Origin: Dimorphilus gyrociliatus
Taxonomy: Eukaryota > Animalia > Annelida
DNA length: 64,000 nt
NCBI GenBank assembly: GCA_904063045.1
Contig: CAJFCJ010000020.1
Coordinates: forward strand, 1,604,916-1,668,915
Reading direction: 5' to 3'
The translations under genes and the position numbers were made by a program. A model generated the notes under the pieces. That model ran no database searches. It saw only the letters and a program-made list of their open reading frames with translations, and was not told where the DNA came from. The number at the start of each line of letters is the position of its first letter. The first letter of the stretch is position 1. This document shows positions 1 to 12,188 of the stretch, one piece after another.

Positions 1-1
1 A

Positions 2-607
2 AAAACCCAATTACAAAGAATTCGTTCACTTGCTTACAATGTTATGTCGTCTGAGGTTGCTGCTATTACTTTAAATGGTCATTTACACCTATTTGATGTA
101 CAATTAGCAGTCAGTGCGCCAAAACGGAGCGTCCTATTGCCATTTTATAAGGAGAATGTGGTTGTTGAGTACAGTGACGATATGAATCTCTATGCAGTCG
201 GTTCGCATTCCCACATCTTTCTATACGATCCTAGGGAGCCTTGTGGTTCCTCAGATCCATCAAGGGGTAGATTGCGAAGCGTCTCAACACCTGAAAAACA
301 TATCGCCGTTCGATCTATTGCTTTTAAACAGTATTTAGTTAGTTTAGGTATGGGGAAAAACTCATTAACTTTTCTCGACATGAGAAATCATAAGTATTTG
401 ACAACCGAGGACGATACAGTTAGACGAATTAGGTTGGATGATGGTTACGTTAGGGAATGCGACAATGATAGGGATATGATTTCAACTACGGATAGCATAA
501 ATGCCGTATATACGCAACGCTGGAATTCTTTCAACAGTCATTTATTCGCCGCTGGTGGTCCTTTACCAGCATCTCTTTGGGGAAATTGTGCTTCAGTTTT
601 GAGGTGA
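2..607 (+). CDS. DCAF12: DDB1- and CUL4-associated factor 12 (WD40), 3' part; frame is open from the window edge
   Basis: The frame is open from nt 2 (KTQLQRIRSLAYNVMSSEVAAITLNGHLHLFD). The C-terminus VYTQRWNSFNSHLFAAGGPLPASLWGNCASVLR matches the DCAF12 tail (LFxAGGPLPxxLxGNYA). No intron in the visible part. Confidence 0.85.
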   Translation, partial: KTQLQRIRSLAYNVMSSEVAAITLNGHLHLFDVQLAVSAPKRSVLLPFYKENVVVEYSDDMNLYAVGSHSHIFLYDPREPCGSSDPSRGRLRSVSTPEKHIAVRSIAFKQYLVSLGMGKNSLTFLDMRNHKYLTTEDDTVRRIRLDDGYVRECDNDRDMISTTDSINAVYTQRWNSFNSHLFAAGGPLPASLWGNCASVLR

Positions 608-1400
608 GCAAGCTCCTTGTTGCTTCATTTGTTTCCTTAACTAAATTATACTCGAGAACTATCAATTGCTTATCCCATATATATAAATATATAAATTTTA
701 TTTATTAAAAAATACAGTCCTAAAATATAAATATAACTGCTTTTTTCATCTAACAAAACTAATTTTGTTTATTTGCATATTCTTTAAATCCTCGTACTTT
801 GTTCTTTATGTAACATAAAACTTGATCTTTGAATCTTGTATATTAAGCCTCTACAGTAAGTGAAAAAAGTTCTTGGCCGTATTATGTTAGCATTTGCCTG
901 GTAATCTTATCATTTTGGCACAATTGACGCTTATTTTGTATCTAGTTCTCAGTAAATAATCCCTTTTTTTTATTCTCTTCTTCCTTTGTTAATAAGTGAA
1001 ATGTATTAAACACATCTAAAGAATTTGCCTATTAATATATACAAACTGTATATAATTTTTCCATTATATTCTAAATATGCTATAATTCTCAGATAATCTA
1101 CAAAAAAAAAATTCATCAAAATCAAGATTAGCAGAAATCTCGAGGTTTACAAAATTATAAAATGCCATGTTATGACAAGTAACAGATTTTTAAATCAAGT
1201 CTTTTTCTTTGGTTATTATCAACTTGAAATAAGCTGTCAGAAAAGTTTCGATTTGTTATGAGCAACAATATTATTGACTATTTTGATGTATAGATATACA
1301 ATGAGCTTTAAAGAATTGAATGAGGAGAAAAAGCTATATTCACACTACTATAACTTTTCAATGTATGCAAACATATGTTTGAATATCTATATGCAATCTG

Positions 1401-1433
<33 letters not shown>

Positions 1434-1444
1434 GTATATGTATA
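1401..1444. repeat. (TA)n-rich microsatellite
   Basis: tatatatatatatacatatatatatatatatatgtatatgtata, read directly. Confidence 0.9.
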
Positions 1445-2361
1445 CACTCTTTTGTTTATACATCTCTTTTTCTCACATGTACATCATATTCTCGTTTTCT
1501 ACGTTGATAATTTCTGAAGATTTTACACTCTTACGAAGTTTTAAAAAAAAAACGAAATGCTTAATGAAACATGAAGGATTTTCAAGAAGTTTATCTCTAC
1601 ATTGGTTTTTTTTTTCTTTTTGCATGCTGTTTGTTATTATATTTTTGAACAAAAAAAGGAAGGTTACATTTTATAATGGAATAGTCTATACATGTTTTTC
1701 CATTTAAAGAATGAGAAAGTCTTTTTCTTTTTTTTTACAGGACATTTTTTTTAAAAAAAAGAAGGAGAATAATTCCAAAATCAAAAGTTAAAACTTGATA
1801 TTTCATTTTTGTATGAATATATTGATTCTATTAAACTCTTGAATGTTTTTTATTTGAACAGGTCGTTTTTAATCAGCTTTTTTTTGTTTATTAATGTCAA
1901 ACTCAATGTACAATTTGTAAATAATTTGACAAAATGAAAATGTGAGAAAATTAAAAAAGCTATATTTTTATTAAAGTTTTCTTTTAATTTGGATGATCTC
2001 GTCCGATAAATTACTTTGTATAAGTATAAACTGTTGACGTCATTTGTGAGCGATAATACGTGAAAAAGCTTCTCTCGGAAACGAATACAGCTGGAATGGA
2101 AGTACGACAATAATTTTTCGAATATTTTACTTAAAATTAAATTACTAAAATTATAAATTTCCTAATTAATATTATTTTTATTGGAGAAAATTATTAGTTT
2201 TAAAAATAATTTAATTTAGGCCTATACGTATACTAGGCCTGTGCCGGTGCGAGCCTTTGAGGATGCAGTTTCTGTGCTTTTATAACTTCTTCACGAAGAC
2301 TTCTAGGAAGTTATGATTGTAAGAATATTATCGTGATTAATTCAAAGATAAAAAGAAGAAG

Positions 2362-5300
2362 ATGTTAAAAAGTTGGGACGTCAAGAAAAATATTAATCGT
2401 TTGAAGTTTATAGCTGATCAAAACCTGGGAAGGTAATAGATGAGTAATTCTTTTTTTTAGCTGGAAAACAGTTCGCTTCTTTGTGTCTATAAATTTAATT
2501 TCGTACCATATCCCAAAGCCTATTATGTACTGTCATTTTCACCTAGTCACGACATTCCCTCTTACATTAAGTACTCGCGTATTGATCTAATATAGGAATC
2601 ATATGAATTTTGTTGATTCCATGAGATTTTCTTTCATTATTCATTATAATGTATGAATTTGAGTTGTTAGAAAGACAATGTGTATTAACAGAACGGAAAT
2701 TTTCTTGTATAAATCACAAATGCATGGCCTCCCGAGTTGTGATTTAATCCCATACTTTTTACAGAGAATTTTGACCTTTGCTTAATTATTTTTTAAGATT
2801 GGCTATGATTAAATTCTAATTCAATTGTCAACAATTGTAGTCTTAGTCAGACTGATATATACATTTATATATATATATATACTGTATATGATAAGATTAA
2901 GATTATAAAAGCAAATGCCAATAAATAACGCCACCTATAAAAAGCCACGTTTATATGATTTAATAAATGTAGTTAGTTATGTTGACGTAAAGGCTTATTA
3001 TGCAACAGTTAATCTCAGTAATTATAGATGACAGACTAAACAGTTCAAATGAGGTTACGTTAAGAGATAATAATGCAGTGTATTTCAACTAAAAAAAGAG
3101 TAAATGATTTAATATAAGAACTAAATATCAGTTTATCTTTAGTATTTAGTAAACCTTATTTTTGCATTTTAGAACGTCCCAAAAACGATATGTGATCTCT
3201 CTGACAAAATGATAAAAGGCATGCACCTTATTAAGAAGATAAATGATATTGAAACTAAACTCTGTTTCAATACTGTATCATAGAACAAACTTTAATTGAT
3301 ATTCAACAGAATCTTTCAACCTAAATGCACTACATGCTGAAAATAATACATTATTATTAAAAAGAGAAGATATCAGTAAAATTAAATAATGCAATTATTT
3401 TATCTCTCTCTGACCAAATGTTTATAGAAAAGGATTTTAACAAATGTGTTTTTATTTTATTTTTTACTGTTGCAATTAAAAAAATAATGTTTCTCTGACA
3501 TTATAGATTTTTAGCTTTAACAATAAATACTAATATATATAAACTGTGTGCCATATAATTGTTATATTAAAATACTTGTGCGCAATATATATATATCCTG
3601 TATATATATATTTTCGTTTTATACTTTGTATTTCACCTGTAATTTACTTGGAAATTGTTGAAGAAAATATGAAATGATGTATAGTATGTAAATTACTGGA
3701 AAATCTTACATTTATGTTTACTGTATATATGCTTAGTTATGCAGTACATTATACACATACACCTAAGCAAATACGCATATATATATATATTTGAAAGCCT
3801 ATACAATCTACGGTTATTATGTTTCTTATTTTCAAAAAATTAAGGAGATGAAATAATTTTTAATATCTTTAAGGTGTTTTGTTATTTTAGCCAAATTTGA
3901 AAGCTTTTGACACAAAAATGTTGACGAAGGAGTATTATTTGTTTATATTCTGAGTAGGCAAAATTTTAACAGAATTACTTTATTTAATTTTCATGATTTT
4001 CTGATTTTAGAACCGAGAAAAAGGATTCTATACCCGAGGAATTAAAATATTATAATGATAGGGTAGATGCCATCTGTAATTCCTATCAAAATATAACAAA
4101 AGCTCTTAGTAAGTTATGCGATGGCATTAGTCTACCTCAAGAAAAACAAAAGAAATATGCAGAGAGGAGATTAGGATTGGCTCTCCATGAAAGTTCAGAT
4201 TCGATTGCTAAAGCATCTTCTGAAAATTGCCAGGGATCTTTGGAAGAAGTTTTCGAACATATAAGTAAATTGGAGCTGGAACTTGCTCAAGAACGATTGA
4301 ATTTCGAGAATAGGATTAACGAAAAAATAATAACAGAATTGAATGAAATTCTTAAAACTCATTCACCCATAAACAAAACAAGGCTATCTTTGAAAAAGGC
4401 TCAGCAGAATTGGGATATTACGGAAAATAATTTAAATTCTGTAAAGAAACAATTAAATTCACCTAGTTCAGCACAAGCAATGGAAAAACTAGCACCTCTT
4501 GAAGGCGAGAGAGATGAGGCACTTAGCGTTGTTGAACAACTAAGAAATGATTTAGCTTCAGAATTATACGAGTTTACTGCCAAAGAATCCAAGCATTGCG
4601 ATCTGTTTTGTTCTTTACTTCAAATGCAGGCCGATTATCATACTTCTTGTTTGGAAGAAATAAAAAAGAAATCAGAAGAAATTCAAATTTTCTTTAAAAA
4701 TAATCAACGCGAAAAGACATTTGGTTATCCTCTTGAAGATAGTTGCGATAAGGAGACTAATATTTCTTGTGTCTTGAAAAGATGTTGCGAGTTTCTACAG
4801 AGAAAAGAGTGCCTCACTGAAACAGGAATTTTAAGACTAGCCCCCAGCACTTCTAGGTTAAAAAGATTTAAGGCATCTATTGGTGTTGCGGCAGAGGAGG
4901 ATTTTGATGTTCACACTGTTGCTGGCGCCTTAAAAATCTATTTAAGAGAGTTACCAGAACCCCTTTTACTTTCGGAGAAATTTTCTGAATGGGAGGAGGC
5001 CGTAGATACAAAGGATCCTCAGGAGAGATTAAAATGCCTCAAATATTTAGTTGATTCATTACCAGAAGTAAATAGAAAAAACTTGGAATATTTATGCCAT
5101 TTTCTAGTCCAAGTCGAGATACATAAAGATGAAAATAAAATGAATTCGTCTAATATAGCTACAGTCATGGGTCCTAACTTATTGTGGGATAAGAGTAATC
5201 CTAACAATGTTTTATTAGGCAATAGAATAGGTGTTGCTATAAACGAAAGTCTTATATTAAACTACAGTTATTTTTTCAACAATCCTTCCCCTGGTAAGAT

Positions 5301-5895
5301 TTATATTTATGTTACTTGATCGTCACTCGTATAATGTTTTTTCTACTTGAAATTTTCAGGTATATCCCGACCTCCACGAACTCAGAAACGTTTGTATTAA
5401 TTGACTATAATATCATATACATATATATATATATATATTCAACACAACTTTTATAATTTGATAATTATTTTAACAGCACCGCAACCTCAAACTCAACCGC
5501 TTCACCAGGAGCAGCAATCTGATGAGTCGAAAAATTCTTCTAACAATCCTTTTTTGCAAGATGCAAGGCCGTCTTTAAACTTGAAGTTTTCTCCCAAAGC
5601 TGATGCAACTGATGGTACCTTGACAAGAAAGAAAGCTCCTGCTCCTCCCTCAAGAGAGTTCGGGAGGAGAAAGGATTTCGCGTCATCGGGCGACAGACCA
5701 GCATCAGATCCTAGTCTCGAAGACGATAGGGACTCTGATTCATCAAGAAAAAGTGGCGAGAGTCGAAAGTTTAAACCTCCTGTACCTAATAGACCAGCTG
5801 GTGTAAAGCAGCAAAAACCAGTCAGTCCTGGCTCAGGAAACAAACCCCCTTTATCGCCCAAACCCGGTAAACAAAGAGAAGTCACTTATCTCTGA
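2362..5895 (+). CDS. BAR-domain RhoGAP of the ARHGAP17/ARHGAP44/SH3BP1 (RICH/Nadrin) family
   Basis: Exon 1 2362-2432 (MLKSWDVKKNINRLKFIADQNLGR) splices in frame to exon 2 4011-5293 (TEK..., like RICH MKKQFNRMKQLANQTVGRAEK). Exon 2 encodes BAR then RhoGAP (ETGILRL, DVHTVAGALKIYLRELPEPLL, KMNSSNIATVMGPNLLW). Then exon 3 5360-5389 and Pro-rich exon 4 5477-5895. A possible alternative last exon lies at 6005-6039. Confidence 0.9.
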
Positions 5896-6717
5896 AAAAA
5901 ATTTCGCTTAAGCAAGTTGACTATTCAAGAATTTGCAAACATATGTAATTGAGATCTTCTTGATTATTGCTTTAGATCAGTTTACCCTCTTTTATATTCT
6001 GCAGCAGCTAAAACGGTTGAAACTTTCACCTTCCCTTAGATGATAGAGGATGTCTTTTGGGTTGTTAATTTTTTAAATTATAAGCATAAAAGCTTTATTA
6101 CTTAAACTGCCATCATTCTTTTAAAATCAACTTTTATGTAAAGATATTTAAACAGACAATTTCTTTTTATATCCCAAACAGCTATTATGTGTATAGATTT
6201 AGGGATCTGTATTTACAAAAAAGTACTATAGAAGAGCATATTATTAGCATATATATCAATACGTTTTAAAAAAGGACTGATGTAATTGTGAATTGAAATA
6301 TTGATATCTTTCTGATTACATGCAAAGAAGAGAAATGATAAAAAGTATCTACTTTAGAAACTATGATATTGCTTTTGTTGTTTTAATTATTTAATTTGAG
6401 TTGCTTGTATGAAATGATTGAAAAAAAAAACACAAAACAAAGCATATTCAATCAATTTTAAAGTATTTTATTATTTTCTTTAAAAGGAGTCATTTTTCCG
6501 AAATATGAAAGACGATCATTCAGAAAGACAGAAGATAATAATAGCAGGATTTAAAAACTTAAGAAGATTAAATAATTAGCAGGATTAATTCTATTTAACC
6601 ATTTCAACTGCAAAGTTAAAAAATAACAAAATTAGAAAAAAAAAAAAAACAAATTGTAATGCAAAAAATTTTACCTTTTACACTTAAAAAATGAGGTATA
6701 CTATATTTATATACCTA

Positions 6718-6720
<3 letters not shown>

Positions 6721-6748
<28 letters not shown>
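6721..6748. repeat. (AG)14 microsatellite between convergent genes
   Basis: Read directly. Confidence 0.95.
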
Positions 6749-6753
<5 letters not shown>

Positions 6754-7209
6754 CAGTCGGTACAATTTTCTCCTTTTATTATTATTTTTTTATATTGAAA
6801 AATTTTCATAAAATAATTTTTTTTTATACAAATATACACAAATTAAATGCAGTTTATATATAAATTAATATATATATATGTATATTAATTAGTAATACGT
6901 TTAAAATTGTATAGTAAAACATAAAAATCGTATGAAAATTTCGAAAGTAACCTGTATTTTATTTATTTTATTTAATATGTCAATGAAACGAGAATAAAAT
7001 CTGTCTAATATGAATACTTTATTCAATGAACTTCTTCGCACGTATGTTGAAACTAAATTTGATATTTATTCTCTGCAATTTCGATCTTGTAAATCTCTTA
7101 TACGTTTAACTAATTAACACAAACTGAAGGAAAATAAATGTTCATGACAAAAATATTGTTTAAAGATTGAATCAATGAAGGAAAGAAAAGTTTTAAAGAG
7201 AGTAATCGA

Positions 7210-8928
7210 TTATGATTTTCTCGCTACAGTCATTATGTGTAGGTCCATAACATTTGTACCCGTCATACCAGTAACAAATAAATTTTCGCCATTACTGACC
7301 TTTTGAAAAAAATGAAAAGTGTCATTATTTTCAAGGTAAGTATTTGCATCAATATTTTGTTCTTTTGCTTCTTGTATAAGATGAGTATGGCTAAAAGCTC
7401 CGGCAGATTCGGTAGGGCCATCTTGGCCGTCTGTTCCAGCAGATAGAATATTTATATCGTAGTCTCTTAATTTTTCGGAAAGTAAATCAAATACAAGAGC
7501 TGATGATAAAGCAATTTCACCATTTCGCCCACCTTTACCATTTCCTTTAAGGTTAACAACAGTTTCGCCAGCTCCTAACATACAAAATCGTTCACCGTAT
7601 TTAAGAGCCGAGGCTGCCAGTGATGTGACGCAGTTTATCACATTTTCAGAAATTCCAAACGAATCTTCTAATCTTTGTTTAGAATCAAATTTAGCTTTAT
7701 CCCCACTAACGACATCGACGATAGCCCCGGCAAAAAAAGCGAATATTTCTCCAATATCTCTTGCTTCGCCGCATAACTCAGTAGATAAAACAAAAGTCCT
7801 ATACCCTAAGGCTTCAGCTGCCTTATTTGCAGCTGACACAGCAAGTTTATTATTACCTACAATGACATTATGGGCGTAAATTTCTCTTATCACAGGAAGT
7901 GCACTATGTCCAGAAAATTCTGAAATTTCATTTTCGACCACTTTAATTATTGACTTTGGAATTTTATCCGTAACGTTAAGATCTCTAAAGATTTCCATAC
8001 AAGTTTCTGGCTTTGAAAAATCAGTTACAGTCGGTCCTGATGCGATTTTATCTATTGGATCTCCGATTATATCTGATAGAATAAGAGATATAACACTAGC
8101 ATTCCCTGCAGCATAAGCTAGGCCACCGCCTTTAAGAACTTCTGTATGCTTTCGTACTGTATTTACATCACTTATGGTGGCAGCATGTTTAACCATAATT
8201 GCAACCATCTCTCTCATTTCTTCCAAAGTTATAGGCGGTTTAGGTAAAGGTAATAAAGCCGATCCACCTCCGGATAGTAGAGTAAGCATAATATCCGAGC
8301 CTTGTAAAGATGTGGCAAGATCATGGATTTTTTTGGAAGTTGCGAGTGAGTTCGTATCAGGTGCATTATTCTTTGCTCCTTCACAGATTTGAAATGAGCT
8401 TTGTTCCTTTGGTATCATTTCCCTTGTAAACGAAACATTTAATTTTAATTAATTAATAAAAATCAAATTTGATCTATATACCATTTTCCAGACTTTTTTA
8501 GAGTTTCTTGTATGCCGTAAGGAACACTCGCAATACCGCCAACAATATGATCGCCTAAGACGTCCTGGGTGGCTCTCACCATACCCAGAACTGCTTTACC
8601 AGCTGCTATAACATGAACGTTGCGATTCAGTCTGCAAATAAAAAACATAAATATTTCATACTGCAACAATTAATACTGTTATTATTTTTATAGTTTACTC
8701 GTAGGATCGATCGGATATCGTTAAAATATTATCATTTAAATGTAGGAATTTCTTGACTGCGTTGTGAGGCAAAACAGCATCTACAGCCTTCTGAAAGATC
8801 TGCTCACAATCTTCTTTGTAATTGTAATTACTAGATGAACTTGAGTAGGATTGATTAAATCCTTTTGCATTAAATTTTGGTAGTATTGACTGGCACGATC
8901 TTATCCTCCACATAATAAATTTCTCCAT
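7210..8928 (-). CDS. GLYCTK: Glycerate kinase (MOFRL family)
   Basis: Exons 8928-8699, 8631-8482 and 8422-7210 join in frame via GT-AG introns. Motifs VIAAGKAVLGM, LLSGGGSALL, SLILSDIIGD, IASGPT, GAGETVV, GKGGRNGE, SAGTDGQDGPT, TGTNVMD. Confidence 0.95.
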
Positions 8929-11900
8929 GCTCAGACTGCAAGAAAACAATCTTTCTGTCTTTAAAATAATAATTTTACACTATTGTTTGGTAGCATTAAT
9001 TATTTTTTTTTGTAGCCATGTAAACGTAATTCTTTGATAATGAATGGTCTAGCAATCATATAAAAAAACCGAAATAAACTAGATCAGCTGTAACTTCTGC
9101 CGATGACCTTCACCTTAATATTCCGGTTACGAAAATATCTCGTCCTTAGCCAAAAATTAACCGGTCATAACTCCGAATTCTAACTCAAACTAATTCATTA
9201 GAAATAAAAGGACAAATTGGAAAAAAATGTACTCGTGGCCCAGTTTTTGGCCTCTTGATAATCATAACTGTAAACAAGCTTTGCACAAGGCATTAATATT
9301 GATATGACAAAAAATTAGGCTAAAAACAATAAATTTTTCCTGTCAAACTACACTCTATATATAACTATTTGGTATTTATATACAAAGAACCAATAACAAT
9401 ATTACAAATAGCAAAAGAATCTAGAGGGAGAAGAAGTATTAAACAGAGAAAAAGGAGCAAATATGTCTGTTTAAAACCTATTTTTATCGGATATCTAAAT
9501 GTTTTTCGCAATTTATCGTCTTATTGATAAGCATACAGCAAAAAAAACTAGTGAATAAACATCTCTTTTAAAACCTTTAATCTAATTATGATAATCATGT
9601 ACTTGTTTAGAGTTGTTACTTTAAAGAGAGGGAGGAGAGGAGAGGGGGTGGGAAGGAAGGAAAAGAAAGATAAGGAGAGGGAGGGGGAGGGAAAAAAACA
9701 CCTAAACTTAACGTTTTAGAATTTAGAAAGGGAAATAAGTGTTAAGGAAATAGGATGGATTAATGGATAAAAATTGAAGTGACAGAATAAAAGGATTATC
9801 TTTAAAAACATTCTTCCGAAAAAGACAGAAGCATACATAAAGCATTCTACAGAGAACTATTCGTTATATATATATATATATATATTAAATGACTTTTAAG
9901 TAATAACAATAATAATAACTAATAATAACTATGCAATCTCTGTTATGTTTTTATATTCATCAACCGTATCCGCTTCCTCTCGTTCATCTTACTTTCTTTG
10001 TCTTTCTTCTTTAGGTAGATTATATCTAGTATCTATTCTTTTATATAAACAAAGAGGAGAGAGGGAGGGAAAGGGGAAAGGGGAAAGGAGGGAATATAAA
10101 GAGAAGACAGATAGAAAATATCTCTTTCTAAGTACAAAATGAATTTACTTACCTCAAAAAAAAACAAAAAAAAAACAAGGGTATGTATTATTTAACAACC
10201 TGAAATAATATTAAAAAAAATCCTACATAGGCTTATATTAATACCTACCTTACCCTTGTAATAAATTAATCTATTTTTTATTGTTTTTACTATTATTCTT
10301 TAATTTTTTAAATATAAGATTTTCATAAAATAAATAGTTATATTCCCATTTCTATTTAATTATTTAATCATCGAATAGATATTCTTTAGTTATTCTAAGA
10401 AGTGATAGTTAAATAACTATATTATATATAATATTATATTTCTATTATTAGTTAATATCATAAAACATAATAGGTAAAAAGTTAAAAAAGAAAACATTTA
10501 GCCTAATTGCCATAAAGAGAGAGAGAGAAGACAATAGAGAAGAGAATGTGAGAATAGAGAGTTAGGTGATTGTTTTAGCTTAAAAAAAAAAAGCAAAATA
10601 TTTAATTAATATAGAAATAATATGTTTATAAACAATTGAAGTATTAACTAGTTTGAGATGTTTGCAAAACTTGTAAAAAATGTATCGTGTCAAGATACTT
10701 AGCGTACATATTAGTTGAGTTATATTTAACCCTTGTACAATAGGATAAATGGAAATCTACTGCGTCATAAATATTTAGTAAGTAAGTTTTTACATTGAAT
10801 GAAAAAAGAGATGAATATATTTACATGGGTCTTCTAAGGTTAGAACGTTAACAATTTATTAAAAAACAAGCTAGGTATACAACATTTACAGATTAATAAG
10901 TCTTATTTGTTTGTTATTTTATCAGCCTACTGTACATGTTTTAAAAAGAAAGGGGGGAGGGGAGATGGATCATATACGTGATGAAAAATGAACACATGCG
11001 TAAAAGTCAGTCCTTATTTTGGAATGAAAAGAAGAAAAAATAGGACAAAAAAAGGAGATCTTTGGTAAACTTGTTGCCAGTAGGGCTTTTTTGTGTAGCA
11101 AACACGATAGAGGTACCACACGCAGACAGATATATACTATATATATACATACAGACCACGCACACATACTGTAATTTATTAGTATTCGATGAAAATCTAT
11201 CCCTAACTGTTTTTATATGTCTGTAAAAACTATCCGTTCAAGTACTGTACAATATTGGGTTCAATTGTATCTATTTATAAAACAAAAGAGAAAGGGAGTA
11301 AGCTGTTGCAGTTACTTTTATTCATTTGATTATATTTAGGAAAAAGGCAAGGTTAAAAGCTATGTATTGTGTTATTTATTGCGAAATAAATAAAAGAGAG
11401 GCATTTACAAAGAAAACCTTGGGAAAAAACATTTGAATAATCGAAACACCCTTAAGAATGAGTATTTCTCTTTTAGATTTAAAAATTAGGTCAGTAGACG
11501 ATCACCTAACCCACCTAACATTTGTAAATGTCCTCTTCCAAACTTAACAATTCAGAAATATTCTTTCCACGAAAGCCCAGTAAAGAAAAGAAGGAAGAAT
11601 AAATTAAAGATTATTCTCCTTAGCTAAAAGTGTACCAACTTGCTGCAGATTTTTATTAAAAGAAATGTCAACCTGGCCCTGATAGACACCAAAAAAGTAC
11701 TTCACTGAATCATAGACACAGAATGCATATGGAAAAAAAAAAAACAAAATGCATATATAGCACCAAGAAACGAACTTGTTTTTTTTTTCTTTTTACAAAA
11801 AATACACAATGACTCCAATCATGACTAGCAAAAATAATTTACGAAACAAAAAAGTAATCACAATAACCGAAAAAAAACAATATCACCAACAGTTTCCAAA

Positions 11901-12188
11901 GATAGCGTAATAGAAAAAGGAAAAAATAAATAAAGCACAAGAAGGCGCTAGTGAAAGAGCACCCTGAATAGCAGACGAACTTGGAACGATATCCAATGAA
12001 TTATTTTAAATACTTTTTCATCCATTGGATGAGACAAAAAAAGCAGTTCAGAAAATTCTTAGAAGCAGGATAAAGTAAAAGGCACGATGCATAAAGGCAC
12101 TATTTTTTTGAATGTTTTTTTCTTCTTATTTTTTTTTCCGTTTTTTTTTCTTTCTTTCATTTTTTTTTGTTCTTTTAAATAATGTTGA

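Noticed and set aside
598-612. Donor-like AG/GTGAGC at the DCAF12 stop codon
   Set aside because: The protein already ends where DCAF12 orthologues end; at most a 3' UTR intron.
1274-2110. ORF-track ORFs 1274-1507, 1375-1707 and 1850-2110
   Set aside because: They translate (TA)n and poly-T low complexity (YIYIYI, FFF); no domain or splice support.
3173-3215. Acceptor-like site in the RhoGAP first intron
   Set aside because: The in-phase reading reaches TGA after 13 codons and there is no good donor.
5519-5536. CTGATGAGTCGAAA, hammerhead-core-like
   Set aside because: It lies inside a coding exon (SDESK) and has no stem II between CUGAUGA and GAAA.
11990-12030. ATCCAATG...CATTGGAT hairpin, possible pre-miRNA
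   Set aside because: The stem is only 8 bp with a large asymmetric interior, too short for a miRNA precursor.
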